DNA of 64,000 nt from Oikopleura dioica (Eukaryota > Animalia > Chordata): contig OU015569.1 of the NCBI GenBank assembly GCA_907165135.1, positions 7,688,001 through 7,752,000 on the forward strand, in the 5' to 3' direction. Shown here piece by piece: positions 23,610 through 37,299 of this stretch (its first letter is position 1; each line of letters starts with the position of its first letter). Below the pieces are notes generated by a model that saw only the letters and a list, made by a program, of their open reading frames with translations, did not search any database and was not told the DNA's origin. Made by a program: the position numbers and the translations under genes.

Positions 23610-26600
23610 TCATTTGCAAAGCGCACCACTTTTAGTACAGGTGCAGAAATTTTCGCCAATGCATTTTTCTGGGTAAAAGTTGTCAGACCCCCACTGATTC
23701 GCGCATTCCACTAGACATTTGCCAATGCATAACGGTGTCAACACCACTGGGTTGAGCTTCTTACGCTCCCAACAGCCGCAACGAGTGGAGACGTCAAGAC
23801 CCTGACAATTTCCGGAATTAGCACATTGGTTCGTTCCTCTTTCGTTATCGTAGGTCGAGCAATAGTCTGGGTTACGGTCGCTCCAATTGTCCAGCATTGT
23901 CTCCACAATATTTCCTTGAGGACCATAATGGCAAACCGTATACCCCGATCGAAGGTATTTCGGATAAGTACCTTGGAGAGTTTCATTATTACTAGAATTA
24001 AAAAAATCCTTTTTAGTTATTTTCTTCATTGTCGAATCGACATTGTCGATGAATGATTTTCTGACAAGTAAACGTGGAATTTTAGAATTTTGACGCAATC
24101 ATAAAAAGATTTCTTCGCGAAACGGATCAACTCATCAATTTCTTAAGAAAATATTCACTAACCGGCTGTATTTACGTGGAATTATATTGGGCATAATAAT
24201 GAGAACTCTTTCCTTTTGGCTGTTTAATAAGCTTCATCGTTCGAGCACATCCTACTGTAGTCGACTGTCGCCAAAGCATTTGCGTCAAATGCCCTGTAGG
24301 GTCATCGCCGCGTCGGCCTTGAAGGGGCGTCTGCGGATTGAAATAGAATATTTCACTTTTACGAGCTTATTTTAAAGTATCATTAGCTTACTTTAAAGTA
24401 CTGACGCAAAGGACGCAAGGGCGCTTACTTGGGATCATAAATTAAAAATTTTGTGCTTCAATAAAAGTTTTCTCGTTCCTGTACCAGCGACTGACCGAAT
24501 CGCGGCAAGCTGCACCATCCTTGCTCAAGTCCCATGCAATGTTCTCTCCAACGTCTGCCGCTCTAAATTGTCCACCGATAAAAGAGTGAGGCCAATTCGG
24601 CGTCCTTCCTTTGAGAACATTTTTCGGGGTTCCTGGTGCGCGAGCCACAAGCTCTTTGCTCCATAGTTTAGCCGATTGAAAAAGATCTACGTCCCATGAC
24701 AAAGGCGGTAAGTTGTGAAGTGCACGGTAGAAGTTGTGGAAATCAAGGCAATCTTGCTGGAATCCATTTAGCTCTTCTGGATCATATGCGATCGGTATGC
24801 CAAAGTCATTGTAGTCATAGTAATCTTCATGGGTCGGATCACACTCTTCTAAATTACAAACACCTCTTTCGGCATCGAGTCCTGGACAGCCTTGAAGTCC
24901 GACGATTCCCCCATCACAGGTTCTCTTCCGCAGTTTGTGGCCGCCACTACATTCTCTCGAGCAACCGCTCCATTCGCTCCATTCACTCCACCCGTGGCAA
25001 TACTTATCCATGCATTCTCTCCACTCGCTAGGAGCAACCTGCGAGGATTCCGTCAAACAAGGTCCTTCAAGACAAACTTTCGTCCTTTGGGTTCTTCCAA
25101 CTGCGCATGTCGCTGAGCAAGCGCTCCACTCAGACCATTCCCCCCAAACGTTTTTGATAAAGCAGGGTACGTTTGCGCATGCTCCCGCCTCCTTGTGGTA
25201 GTTTCGGTTGTTTGGGCAAATATCTAGACAGGTTCTATCTCTTAGACGTTTTCCGCCACCGCAGGTGACTGAGCACTCGCTCCATTCAGACCATTGCGAC
25301 CAACCAGTTGGATTGCACGGAAGAGTGCCACAAGCACGAGTTTCTTCCGCTGGATCCGAGCATTTTCCAGTGCAACTTCTAGTTCTTGTTTGAACTCCTC
25401 CATCACATGACGCGGTACATGCTGACCATTGTGACCATTTCGAGAACCCGGAGGGAATGTAAAATTCAAACGGATCATGTCGATAAAGACAACAAGGCTC
25501 AAATCCTTGGAACTTTTGACCAGAGCAGCAAGGCCCTTCGTAAGAAGCGCGTGTGCCAAAAGGCATTCCGACAGCTCTGTTATTGGCCACCGTGATTTTC
25601 GGCGATCCAGGCACAGGTGAGAATGATACGTAAGCTAAATACCGGGTTTTGTGCTGGATCAAAGTGGATTACAACTTTCATTGAAAGGGACGCTTGAAGA
25701 CGTGTGAATTTTCAAAAAACTATTCTACGCCAGAAATTAATTTGCTGCAGAGGAAGTTTTACCTTTATATCCGTATGCCATTCCAGAGGAAGAGTCACAT
25801 GGTTTCTTTAGCAAAGACCATCGTGGAATTTCTCGCGTAAGTTTGCAAACGTATACCAAATCCACAAATGGTCCAGTAGGCTTTGAGTAAAATGTAAATG
25901 ACATCCCGCCTAAAATCCCACGTAATTTTAGAGTCACAGTTTTCGAAAGGAAGTCCGCACATCTAGCTAGGAAGTTTTCGGTACCTTTTTCAGCATGTGG
26001 CTTTTCCTGGACATGGTAAAGTCCTCTTTCGGACAGGATATGCTCAACAATGAATATAGTCTTCAATCCATCACTTCCTAAATCACTTTCAAATGGATCT
26101 TCACGCTAATCTTTGTATTTTGTGTCAGATGGTAAGTGGAAATATCATGATGAAATTTAAGACGCCCTTTAGTTCTAATTTGAGTTGCCTTTGATCCCTT
26201 AGCTTAGTGGTGGTCCTTCGTGATTTGTTCTAGCACCAACTGCGCCAGCACTTTTTAATCTCACTGCATCTAGTGGATTCATCCGGACTAGGAACTTTTT
26301 ATAACGTGGGACTGTTTTGTAGCCTGTCCGGAGCTCAAGCACGTTTCTAGCACGCCACATATGAGTACTTCTTTTCGAAAGATAATGACTTACTGAAAGA
26401 TGGTTTACTTGTACTGATAGACTATTTTTTTTCTTTGCTGATCGTCTTGAAGCAATTTTTTTCTGCTTCCTTTTCGACGAAATACGCATAAAAAAATCGA
26501 ATAATATTTTCATACAGATTTACGATGATTTTTCTAAAGGATAAAAGTTAAGCGTAAGCTAAGGTAGGACGGGTTCAATTTATTATTGTAGAAACGAGCG

Positions 26601-27203
26601 TAGAAAAATAACGAGAACTCCTTCCTTTGAGCCGTACACCTTTTTCCGGTTCAACATCGTTGTCTTTTGGATTGAAGTTTTCCAAAGCTTGACGAACACT
26701 CTTCAAAAGGTTTGTTTTGGTTACTGACTCAGTAGAGTAAAGCCGAGCGCGTTTTCTTCTGACCACGTCTCAATAAGGATTTCAAGCAACGGCGTATTTT
26801 GAATTCTCAACAAAAATAGAAAGGACAACTCATATTCTGGGGAAATTACGTTTCTTTTAAAATTTAACCTACTTGTGCCAAGAGATCTCGCTCATTTCGC
26901 ACTTTTCTTAAAATATAATTTTATGTTTAAAAATAAGAATTTTTCGAGTGTTCTGCGCCCTTTTTAAATAAGTGTGAAGAGTTCTATTTTCGTTCTCCGC
27001 GTCATTTTAATCGTTCCTGTAATATTGAAGTCTGTCTCGCCAGAAATGAATTCTTTATCGATGTTGCTGCATCCTTGAGTATCTCCGCAGTCTTCTGCTA
27101 AACTGGAATAGGAGCCCATGAATTCATCTCTTTCATTTTTTGCTTGAGTTTCTATTTGGCCTAGAACAGCTGCTCCCAGCGATAGCAGCGTGAAAATCTT
27201 CAT
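23610..27203 (-). CDS. Secreted protein with four thrombospondin type-1 repeats, a CAP/SCP domain and a Cys-rich C-terminus
   Basis: Signal MKIFTLLSLGAAVLG at 27203; four WSxWSxCSxxC...R.R.C repeats; CAP motifs HNFYRALH, PHS, GENIAW, WYSE, GHLTQMLW, VCHYGPQGN. Linking the 25.7-27.2 kb exons to the TSP/CAP part is inferred. Confidence 0.82.
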
Positions 27204-27656
27204 TGCACTCAATCGTTGAGTTCTCTGTTCGAAAGTTGATCGAATCCATTGCGATGCGGGATGCCAGGAGTTTTCACAGTGCTGCATTACGCAACGGGAA
27301 AAGATTTGTAAACTCGTGGCCGCCGAAGACGCCAGAAATGAACCTTTCCTCCAAATATAATTCTCATTGAGCTATTTATGAAAATTTGTGGTCATCTGGA
27401 ACATTCGCCGTTTCGCTTCGAGCAACTCGCAATAGACTTCTGATTCCTTTCGAGCTAAAGTAAATGACACTAAATGAAAATTTAAACATAGCAATACATT
27501 TAAAAAAATCATAATAACCAGCGGGAGAAATAAATTTGTCTGCGAAAATGTCATATGCGCCGGGTTCCCGTTGCCAAAACATGCCCGTGTAGGCTGGAAA
27601 TTTCACCGATTATCCAAATATTCCTTTCTGATTGTTACTAACTCAGAGAAATCAAA

Positions 27657-29337
27657 ATGAACATAAAGCGTTTTGACATTTATCGTAAATTGCCAAAAGA
27701 CCTGACGCAGCCAACAACAACTGGCGCACTCATCTCTATATTCTCGACCTTTTTTATTATTTTTCTTTTGGTTTCGGAAGTGCTCTCATTTCTTCAAGAA
27801 GAAGGTGAGTTTTTACGCGATTGGGGAAAAATAAGCGGTTCAGTTATCTCGGAGCTATATGTCGACGACCCAACAACTGGTGCGACCATTCCGGTCATCG
27901 TCGATCTTGAAATTCCGAACATGGCCTGTGACTTCCTCGGCATCGACATTCAGGTCTGAGGGGATCAAAGCAAAATTTATACACCGAGATCCATAGAAGC
28001 ATCGAATTGAGCTTTACATAATCAGAATGGTATACCAAGTAGAAAATGAACGATCCCCGTTAAGGATAATCAAGGGCGACATGAAGTGGGTTACATGAAG
28101 AATACGCGCAAAACAGATATTATCAATAAAAGTGCACAGAAAACTGGCTGTCGCTTTCATGGAGAATTTTACGTGAACAAAGTTCCTGGAAATTTTCACG
28201 TTTCAACACACGCTTCAAAGAAACAGCCACCAGTTAGAGTTTTAATATTTCAGAAATAACTTGTCCGAAGAAGAAATAACAACTCTCTTCAGTTCATGAT
28301 TTCAATCATAAAATTAACAAACTATTTTTTGGCGAAGATCTATCAGCTTTAGAGGTATTTCGTTAAGGAACAGTATATCCGAGCACTTTGAGGGAAAGTT
28401 TCCTTCGAAACTAGAAGCGAAAAACCGTTTATTTCGCGTTATGATTATCGCACCATTTTGATAAACATAAAAACCAAAGAATTATTTTGAGGCTGACCAT
28501 GAGTTTCGTTTATTATTATTTATTCGTACGGGTAGAGCATATTTTAGCTGCCTGGTAATCAAACCACGCTCGCCGGCAAATCGACACAAAATGAAGCCGC
28601 GTTGTCATACGACTACACGTTGAAAATAGTCCCTACGGTTCATACTGACAACAAACGACAAACAAAGTTCGGTTATCAATACACAGGTACAAATCCGCAT
28701 CGAACTTTATATCTCATATGCACATTGCTGGCCAAATAGAGCAAGATTTCAATCAAAAGTTTCGTAAACGTGGACAAACTTTACAGGAATCATTTGCGAT
28801 TGACACAAAACATAACTCGACCTTATTCTCAAATTTTTTACAGAACTCAATTATTTTTCTTGGAATTTAACTGTTGTAATAGCCTCGCCACGGGCCCCGT
28901 ACCCTTAGTCAAACGCATCATAAAAAAAACAATATCTTTACGTTCTATTCAATTTTTATAAATATTTACCATGTTTTTTTACCGATACAAAAACCAATGG
29001 ATCCTTACGTATTACGGATTAGTTACCTCGAAGACTTTTAAAAATACCCGCGGAACACCTGCTATTTGGTTTCGATACGAAATTGCGCCCATTACTGTAA
29101 AATACACTCACAAGGTTTGAGAAGCACCTCAAGGAAATAAAATAATGATATTCAAGAAAAAACCATTTTATCATTTGCTGACGACAGTCTGTGCAATCGT
29201 CGGTGGAACCTTCACAGTTGCTGGAATGGTTGACTCGATGGTAAAAAAACACTGGACTCTAATAGGATGACATTTTTATTCAGATATTTTCTGCACATCA
29301 AGCTGTTAAAAAGGCTTCCGAAGGAAAACTTGGTTAA
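27657..29337 (+). CDS. ERGIC1: ER-Golgi intermediate compartment protein 1
   Basis: RFDIYRKLPKDLTQPTTTGALIS, ELYVDDP, GCRFHGEFYVNKVPGNFHVSTH, YDYTLKIVPT, PAIWFRYEIAPITVKY, CAIVGGTFTVAGMVDS. Confidence 0.93.
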
Positions 29338-29488
29338 TCAACTGAAGTTGAGTCACTCAGCATTATGATTGTTAATATCTCTAATAAATGTTATTAAATC
29401 ATTTTCCAAGAATCAACATGTGACAGACCAATACTAATTTTTATTATATGTAGGCAAAAGCAGACTTATCAAATAAGAGAACGGTGGC

Positions 29489-31489
29489 CTAAATCAACCA
29501 AAGTGCACGTAGTCCTTTCCGTAGTCCTAAAAGACCGAGCGAATCAATGTTTCTTTCAAGCCCTCCCTCGTGCAAATCAGTTTTCAACGCTATTACTAAA
29601 GGCGGCACTGCTTGAGAAAAATGAATTATCGGGATCTTCGGTTTCGGCCGCTTCGATGTTTCTATAAAGCAGCTTTCAAATCACGTTCTATAGTTGACCT
29701 TGTCCGTTACTTCAACTTTCTATTTCAATTTCTGAGATCTTGTCCTGGCACTAGACTGTACGGTCCATGCATTTGTAGGTTGCATTTTCAACTCTAAAGA
29801 GGGATAAGGAGCCATATTAACCTCGTTTGTATAAACGTGTTAAAAGGCTTAAATCAGTGATAATTCTTATCAATGCTCTTTTCTTACGGTAACGTCCGGT
29901 CGTAACTATTGATACAAGATAACAGTTTCATAAGCCTAATTTTCTCTAGGGGTTCATACCCTTACTTAGCCATTTGCAGTAACTATTTCCACAACAAACA
30001 AAGTTGAAAGCGCACCTTGATATTCGTAATGGTTTCCGATCTTTTTTTCGTCTACGTCACAAAAGGCGATTACTTTTTCTTGAGCTTCTGGCGAGAGATC
30101 TCGAAAAAGCCGTCGTCCTTGTTTTCCAGCGGACCAGATTGTAAAACTTTTCCATTTCGTCAAATATTCTTTTTCCAAATACTGGAGTCGAAGATTCCAT
30201 ATCGACTTTTCTGATACGCCAAGGCTCATACATTCATCGTGAAATCTGTATAATACTTTTTAGGGATGGCGTTTTCTGTATAGAAGTGTTATACGTATGT
30301 TATGCGCTAAAATATCCGTGCCTAATGGTGTTGGAATTCTTTTGATTGCTCCGGAAAATTCAAAAACATGACGCAAAAGGAATTCTTGATCTTCTGGAAA
30401 GCCGCGACCCTTTTCTGAGAGCCCATTCTGTTGCTCATAGACCGACCGATGAAAGAACCATGTTGGCTACTTTTGGCTTTCAATTTTTCAAAAACGAACT
30501 GTTATAACTTATCATCCATTCAAGGGCTCACTCAGGCATGACCGTCCACAGTTGGGCTCCACACATGGGATCATGGTGTGGGAGGGGGCTGGAAGTTCCT
30601 ATCATGATATCAGGTAGAATCACATTGAATTTTCGAAGCCGTTATCATTGCTATAGTTGGTCCATGGGACGTCAGAACACGAGTATCTTATAAAGTTCTA
30701 AATATGGACATTTACCAAAACAACTTTGTTTGCCTAATATTTAAAACGCTTGCCCTAGAAGTTGATCCGATAATGTATTCAGCCAACGGGTATATCTTTA
30801 TCAAAGGTTACAGGTTTAAGTCACTATTACAAACCCAGTATCATTTTATTAAAAGTCCTTATTTCTTAGCGAGCACATGATAACCTTTGTTGCCTAATTG
30901 TCGAGTCTTCAGGATCACGTTTAATCTGAGTTCCAATCATGACGTTTTTAAATGATTCCGCTCCATCCGTTGAAACCTGCTTCAATTCATCAGCAGCGTC
31001 GAACTGCATCTTTAATCTATTCTGAAACATTTCGTCGTCTACATCCTGCAACGCGAAATAGGTCCCCTTGGCAATTTTCGTCGCTCGATTCCTTGCTATT
31101 CCGGGACCTTCCGGACTTTTAGCTTCTGGGTTGTAAGAAACTACGAGAGACCATCCTTTTGCACGAAATTTTGTAACATAAGATTCTGCAAGCTCTCTTG
31201 TGCCGTCATCAGAGTGATCATCCCAAGCTATTACTTCCAGAGAACCCTCGAAGGTCTGTTCTTGGTGAGGGGTGTATAGTAAATTTGATATATAAGAAAA
31301 GAACATAAATGCGGGTATATTGCGTCGAGTACTGTATCTTTCGTTAGATTTGTTCGTTCTTATGCTGCGGCATTCAAAAATAACAGTGTGGCATAAACAT
31401 CCCTAACCTAAGATAGAGTTGAAGCACTTAGAAACCCACTTAGCCGCGTTAAACATAGGGACAATGATTGATATGTCCACCTGCTCCAT
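29489..31489 (-). CDS. B3GNTL1: Family-2 glycosyltransferase B3GNTL1 (queuosine-tRNA galactosyltransferase, QTGAL)
   Basis: ISIIVPMFNA, WDDHSDDGT, GIARN, QDVDD, FTIWSAGKQGRRLFRDLSPEAQEKVIAFCDVDEKKI, KIPIIHFSQAVPP; apparent frameshift in last ~10 codons. Confidence 0.88.
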
Positions 31490-31914
31490 TCTGCCAAAAT
31501 GCAAATTCAACGCGAAAGTCAACAGTCTATAGTTTGCATATAGAGCGGTACAAAATATAGAGTGTATGGTTATTTTGCTGTCATGCCAGCGTGACATTCG
31601 ATTTAATCGACATTCTTTATCAATACAAGACAGAGACAAAATTAAGACAGTCAGCATTCTTTAATGTTTTCGTTCGTTTCTGTAAAAAAAGTTAAAAGAA
31701 AGAAGTTAAAGTTGTGTTGAAGAATTGTCGGAGTTTTGGAGGGATTTGTTTGATTTGACTGGAGAGTGAGAGGAGTTTTGAGAAGAAAAGTACAATAATA
31801 ATTAAAGATATTAGGAAAGATAATTAATATAAAGCGTTAGTATATCCTTAAGTATTTAACGGGAAATTGTTGACGCGCTTCGGTGAAAAGGACGAAAAAT
31901 ATGACTTCATGTGT

Positions 31915-34900
31915 TTAGCGGGCGGGCTCTTTTACAGACGTATGGCGGCAAACGCAGGCGGTAAGCTCGCTCGCACCATCTCTTCCTGTTGAGCTGTCAG
32001 TCTCTAAAGTCTGGGTTACGATGTTAGTACGGATGATCTTGGATTTCTTATACCTGTGCAGTGGTCTGTTGCCCTTGATCGGAGTCTGACTCCGAATTAC
32101 TTTCAGTAACTGGTTTCTGTGTTCCGTAAACACTCGTGCGCTCAAAAATGGTGACAGGGTTGGTAAAAGTAAGTGTTGCGATGCAGCTCTCCCAGCGTCC
32201 AAGACGAGTTTTTTTTGGTTGAAGAAATGTATTAACGTGGCGTATGATACCAGACGTATCGCGCATTCTCTCGGCAATAATCTGGGATGATCGGTCAACG
32301 GACTGGAAATTTAACTATCAACTTACCATAAGTTTGCCCTTGTTCTTCTCCAGACTTGGCAATGTTTGCGTAGCCAGTGAGAGAACAAGGTCCGCGATAG
32401 AAGCAATAAGCTGCAAACCGGTGACGCGATCTGTTTTACATGCGTTCCCGAACTCTGAAGGATATTGTATGAGCGAAAAGGACCTTCCGGCAACTTAAAA
32501 GATGCGCTACATGGGCGCGGTTGTTCCGCATCAGTTAAAATGCTAAATAAGTTTTAAGGGAGTCATGAATGATGCTCTTACGTATTCTAAAAGTAAGGGC
32601 GTATTTATCCAAATCCAGGCTAGCGGTGACTGACATAAAAATTCAAAATACATGCTTGCATCCATAGTAATGGACTTGCGATTGATAAGCTTGCGCGGTC
32701 GAAAACCGTTCTTAGATAGTATTAATCCTTAAGGTAATTAGTCTTCTATCGCTAAATATGACCTTCGGAAGTAGCTTTAGAGCAGTGCTTCTATTTAGAT
32801 ATTACCCAGACTTACCCTGACAAGCTCTTTCTAGGCGGACGTTGATAAGTTCCAACATGTTCAGCAGATCTTCGGAAGACAGAGTGCTAATTGACGCTAA
32901 ATGGGATTAGACAACTGTAAAACTAAACAAGACCGTTCTAGCTCGCAAATTGCACTATTTGGACGGGAAATCTAAAGCTAGCGTACCTTTGTAAAGGAGG
33001 AAACTTGCTACTCCAAGACGACAGGAGCCGGGATCTGAGTTGATTTGTCCTAACTCTGGCGGCGTGTTTTCGATCGTAGCCATCAGTTCTTTCTTCCGCT
33101 TGTCGGTCAACGGAAACTGAAGATTCAGTTATACTTCTTCGACGTACTATCGAACTAACTTTTTTATGTAGTCATGGTCAACATGGATGAGAGCCCATTG
33201 GATAACAGACGTGAAAAAGTACATAAGCGGGTCGAGACCATCTCTGCTGCAGCTCTGGAGAAGATCAAGCTGATGAACAATGGTGTCGATGTCCACTTCG
33301 CACCTGTTGAATAGATTGTTCATGGTCAATCCGAATAAGTAGCTGCGGTATGCGCTGCTAACTCGTTCTGAATATTGCCAGTTAGATCAAGAAGCTTATG
33401 CACAATTACCAAGAGCACACATCGAACGCGCCTTCGAAGTGAAGGTCGAATCCAGATTCAAGAGCTTCTCATTTTCGAGAAAATCGATCCCAGTTGGGTC
33501 TGTCACCCAGATAAGCTTTCCGTCTATGTCTTTCTTCGAAAGGGCTTTGATTCGTCTCAGGAGTCGCACATCAAAGATTTTGGCCACGAATTGCGGTAAG
33601 ATAGTTCGAATAATCGCCAAAGCTTTAGTAAAGTTGATTATTTCTGAAAAGACTTTAAATAACCTTGGATGTAGATTTCACATGTCTCGGTGGGTCCAAT
33701 CTTGTCGCCAGCCTGTTGGAGTAAAAGCATTGATTGAGCGACGTAAGAGAGGAGCGCGAATCTCGAGACGCCTTCTTGGTCATATTTGGCGAAACTTATC
33801 TTCGCTGTGAGCGAGAATGCTTTTGAAGCTAGACTGGACGACTCACGGTGCTCATCGGAGCCAATCTTTGAGGCCAGGCAGCAGACGAACCATTTGATGC
33901 CGAGCTTATTGCTTGCGTATAGGATCAAACACCAGAGAATGGATCCTATCCCTTGCAGCGACGATCGCGCACGGAAACGCCCTAATGTTAAGTGAGAATA
34001 GTCCTCGTTGATTTCAGTAGTTCTTTACCTAGTGTATTGAGGCAGTAATTGACACGATGTTGAGCCCTCTCCAAGTTGTTGTTTTGAAACGCCCGTACTG
34101 CGAGTGTATACGAAGTATGGAACTGCTTATATTCCGAGGAGTCATGCGGAGTCACCGGCTCCATCTGGATCAGCCCTCTGTACATGAAATAGACGAAGAT
34201 CGCTCCGTTTATAAAAACGAACATGAAAATCGCAGTCCATTTCTGTACGAGCTCGTTCGCTCTTTCAGCGACATTGTTGATAGTTTGGTCAACCTCCGGA
34301 ATCACATGCGAGACATCCTTACAGTTTGCGATTGATATATTACCTTGCCGAATAACTTTACCTTTAGTGACTGGGGACAGCCCAAGAATTGTGGTATGTC
34401 GAAGTAATTAGTTAGCGGCACGAATAAGAATAAAATGCCGAAGAAACAAAACACCATCCTCGAGACATCCGAGCGCACTTGTCCAAAGCGTAGCATCGGT
34501 TCGGGGGAGCCATCCTCGCTGCTCCGAGATTTTTAACTCGACAATTTCGTCCTCCAGTTGCTTCATTAAAAATATTAAAACCAACACATTATATCTTGAT
34601 AAACCTTGTTTCTCTTGCGCAGCTTTTCAATCTCTTCAATGGCATTGCGTAGCACCGCCGATTTGGACATTTTTCCTTCTTTTCCACTGAGAATGCTTCG
34701 CAGATCATCAATCCGATCATTGATGGAATGTCTGAAAAAGATTGTAGAATGCGTACTCTATGGATCATGGTGTTCTTACCTATATCGTTTTTCAATCACG
34801 TTGTGCTGGTTACTTCTTTGAACTTTTTTGGGACGTTTTGAGGCTGTTGTATTGCCGTTTTCAACTTTAACGGTTGAACTTGTGTCACTTGTGACTGCAC

Positions 34901-35686
34901 CTTGGTTTGAGTTTTGGGCTGCCGTACGTTCTGGCGAACTCGTTGGAACTTGTAGGAACAGGATCTGTTTCGGCGAATCGGATGGGATCTCAGTTTTCAC
35001 CGGAATAATATTTTCGAGATACGCGGAGTCAATCGGGCCAAAATATTCTTTCGCTATTACGCGCTCATCAGTAATAAAATAAAACGAGATCGAACGTAGA
35101 AATTGTGCAAAAATGATATCAAAGGGACATCTTCGCTCGCGTGAAAACAAGTGAACGCGGTCCTTGAGCTCGCGAAGGAGGGCTGTTGCTCGCTTGTGAT
35201 CCAAAGTGATCGGAAGACGAGCTAGGCGATGATACAATGGGAGTGAGCTCTTCGATCGCCGTCGTTCGAAATTGAGGAGACCCACTCATATATGAGGGCG
35301 AGTGATTGTCATTGCTGCCCATCGAGCACGCGTCGTAATTGTGGAAAGCTAGACGCTCGCGTATTATATTCTTGTGCAATGAGGTAATTACGCACCTCGG
35401 GGCTGAGAGACAGGCGTCTCGGACTCGTAAATTGTGCCTAAATTGCGTTCTCCTTCGTTCGTTGATTGACCGCCAAAACGCTCTTCGTGTGCATTTTCGA
35501 AAAGAAACTCCATGTCTCACAAGAGGTTCCTTATTTTTCTTCCTCTCTATAATAATCAATCGCGTACTTTGAACCCATTCCTGGATCGTTGGCAGAATTC
35601 AATAAGTTGTTCCCTTCTTGCAAGATCTCGTCTATGAATGGCGCCAGCTCCGGCGACTGGTCGAATCCAATCGAGTCTGGCTCCAT
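31915..35686 (-). CDS. SREBF: Sterol regulatory element-binding protein (bHLH-ZIP, two TM segments, long C-terminal region)
   Basis: Acidic N-terminus; HNVIEKRYR-HSINDRIDDLR...SKSAVLRNAIEEI with the SREBP-diagnostic Tyr; Leu heptad zipper; TM1 SRMVFCFFGILFLFVP, TM2 ending in MEPVT. A +1 frameshift lies between zipper and TM1; assignment of the 3' exons (31915-33930) is inferred. Confidence 0.88.
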
Positions 35687-37299
35687 CTTTCTATCTTTCC
35701 ACGATCACGAGAGTGGAACGTTTCTTTCGTCCGATTTCTTGAGAATAGCAGCGACGGCGATCAAACACTTCCTTCTAACAACGCGCGAGTGTGTCCCGAG
35801 CTCCCTCCCAGTCTTAATGAATTCTCTGTCAATAAATTTACCACAGCGAATCATTTTAATCATGATGATATATAACATTAGGCAAAAAGGGTTCGTCACT
35901 TTCGTCATGAAGGTGAAGAAATTTTTTGACCCCTAAAAGAGGGTAAAGGTCACGCGTGCGCAATGCTGAAATAATCATGATCAAACAAAGACCAGCTCAT
36001 TTCATATTCAACCAACAAGTCAAATAGATTCGTAAGTGGTCGCGCGAGGATATGGCCTTGCCAAAAAAGTGATTCATTTGAGTAAAGCGAATGAAACATA
36101 ACGTAAGTTGAGGTACTAAAACTCATTCTCTTCTTCACTCGCCGGGAAGTGTGACTATTCTTTCTTGTTAATCACTAAAATTTGAAAGACCAAATTGCTC
36201 AAATAAAAATGGTATTCGAAGACATGAATGAAGTCTTAGACGTTTCAGACGTTTCAGACGTCTTCGTTTCTTTGTTTGAGAAATAAAAATGGAAATGTCT
36301 GCTATATCTGGCGGAATGGCAGTTTCGTATGCATTACCCTGGTCAAAAAATCAATGGCCACTTGACGCACAAATCAAATTTTGAATTCGACAATATCCAC
36401 ATCGTTAAAGTGCTTGGCTGCGAAATCACTCAATTGTAATTGCCCACAGTAGGCTTTTCATAAAAGAAAATGACAATGCGATCACTAAGAAGAAGTCAAA
36501 CAAATAAAAACGCGGGCCCAACGAGTGTCCTTCTTTCCTCTGCAAGGTGTCTCTTAGTGAAATTTTTGAATAGAGCAATTTGATAAATCGTTTATCCTTT
36601 TTGGGAAAAGGCGCCGCAGAGTGCGCTCAACATTCGCCGTTATTGGACGCGCTCGCCACCGAATGACTCATTTTTCCCGTTCAAATATGCGACAGACAAT
36701 TCCTCGCTACCGTAGTCCGCTTTGAGAGACTCCTTATGCACAATTTTCATGTCTTCTTTATTAGAGAAAAAGAAAGGAACGTATCTTTATAAGCGGTTCC
36801 GACTTGATCTTTCATCTGTTATTATAAAATAAGATATAGCTTGAGGAAAATCACCAATTTTCAGTTGTAAGAAAAATGGCGGAGAAAATTTCATCTAACA
36901 TAATTGAGCTTTACAATCTAAGTAAAGTTTTCCATTTTCAGAGAATTTCGTAACAGAAGAATTGCAAAGAAGACGTTGTTTTGGTTGAATTTATTTGTTT
37001 CTTGTGGTTTTGCTCTTTGTGTAGCTGTTTTGATTACTGGATTGACGAAAGGTGGAGAAAAGCGCTGTGCCCTTTCCAATTGCCGCCAAGCTCAACGCTC
37101 AGCTTATTCCCTATTCTAGCCCATAAAAGTCAAGCAGAGAAAGAGAGAGAGAAAGGCAAGTCTTGAGCGACGAAAAATGAAGGAACCAGTTATGAACAGC
37201 AACTTGCCAATTTGCTCTTATAATGGAAATGGAACTTGTTATCTATTACTTCCATGGCATTCTCCATTTCATTATCCAATGTCGATCTAGTTGCGTAAT

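Noticed and set aside
36238-36261. 9-bp tandem repeat (agacgtttc) upstream of SREBP
   Set aside because: Only about 2.7 copies; expected by chance or slippage, no functional evidence.
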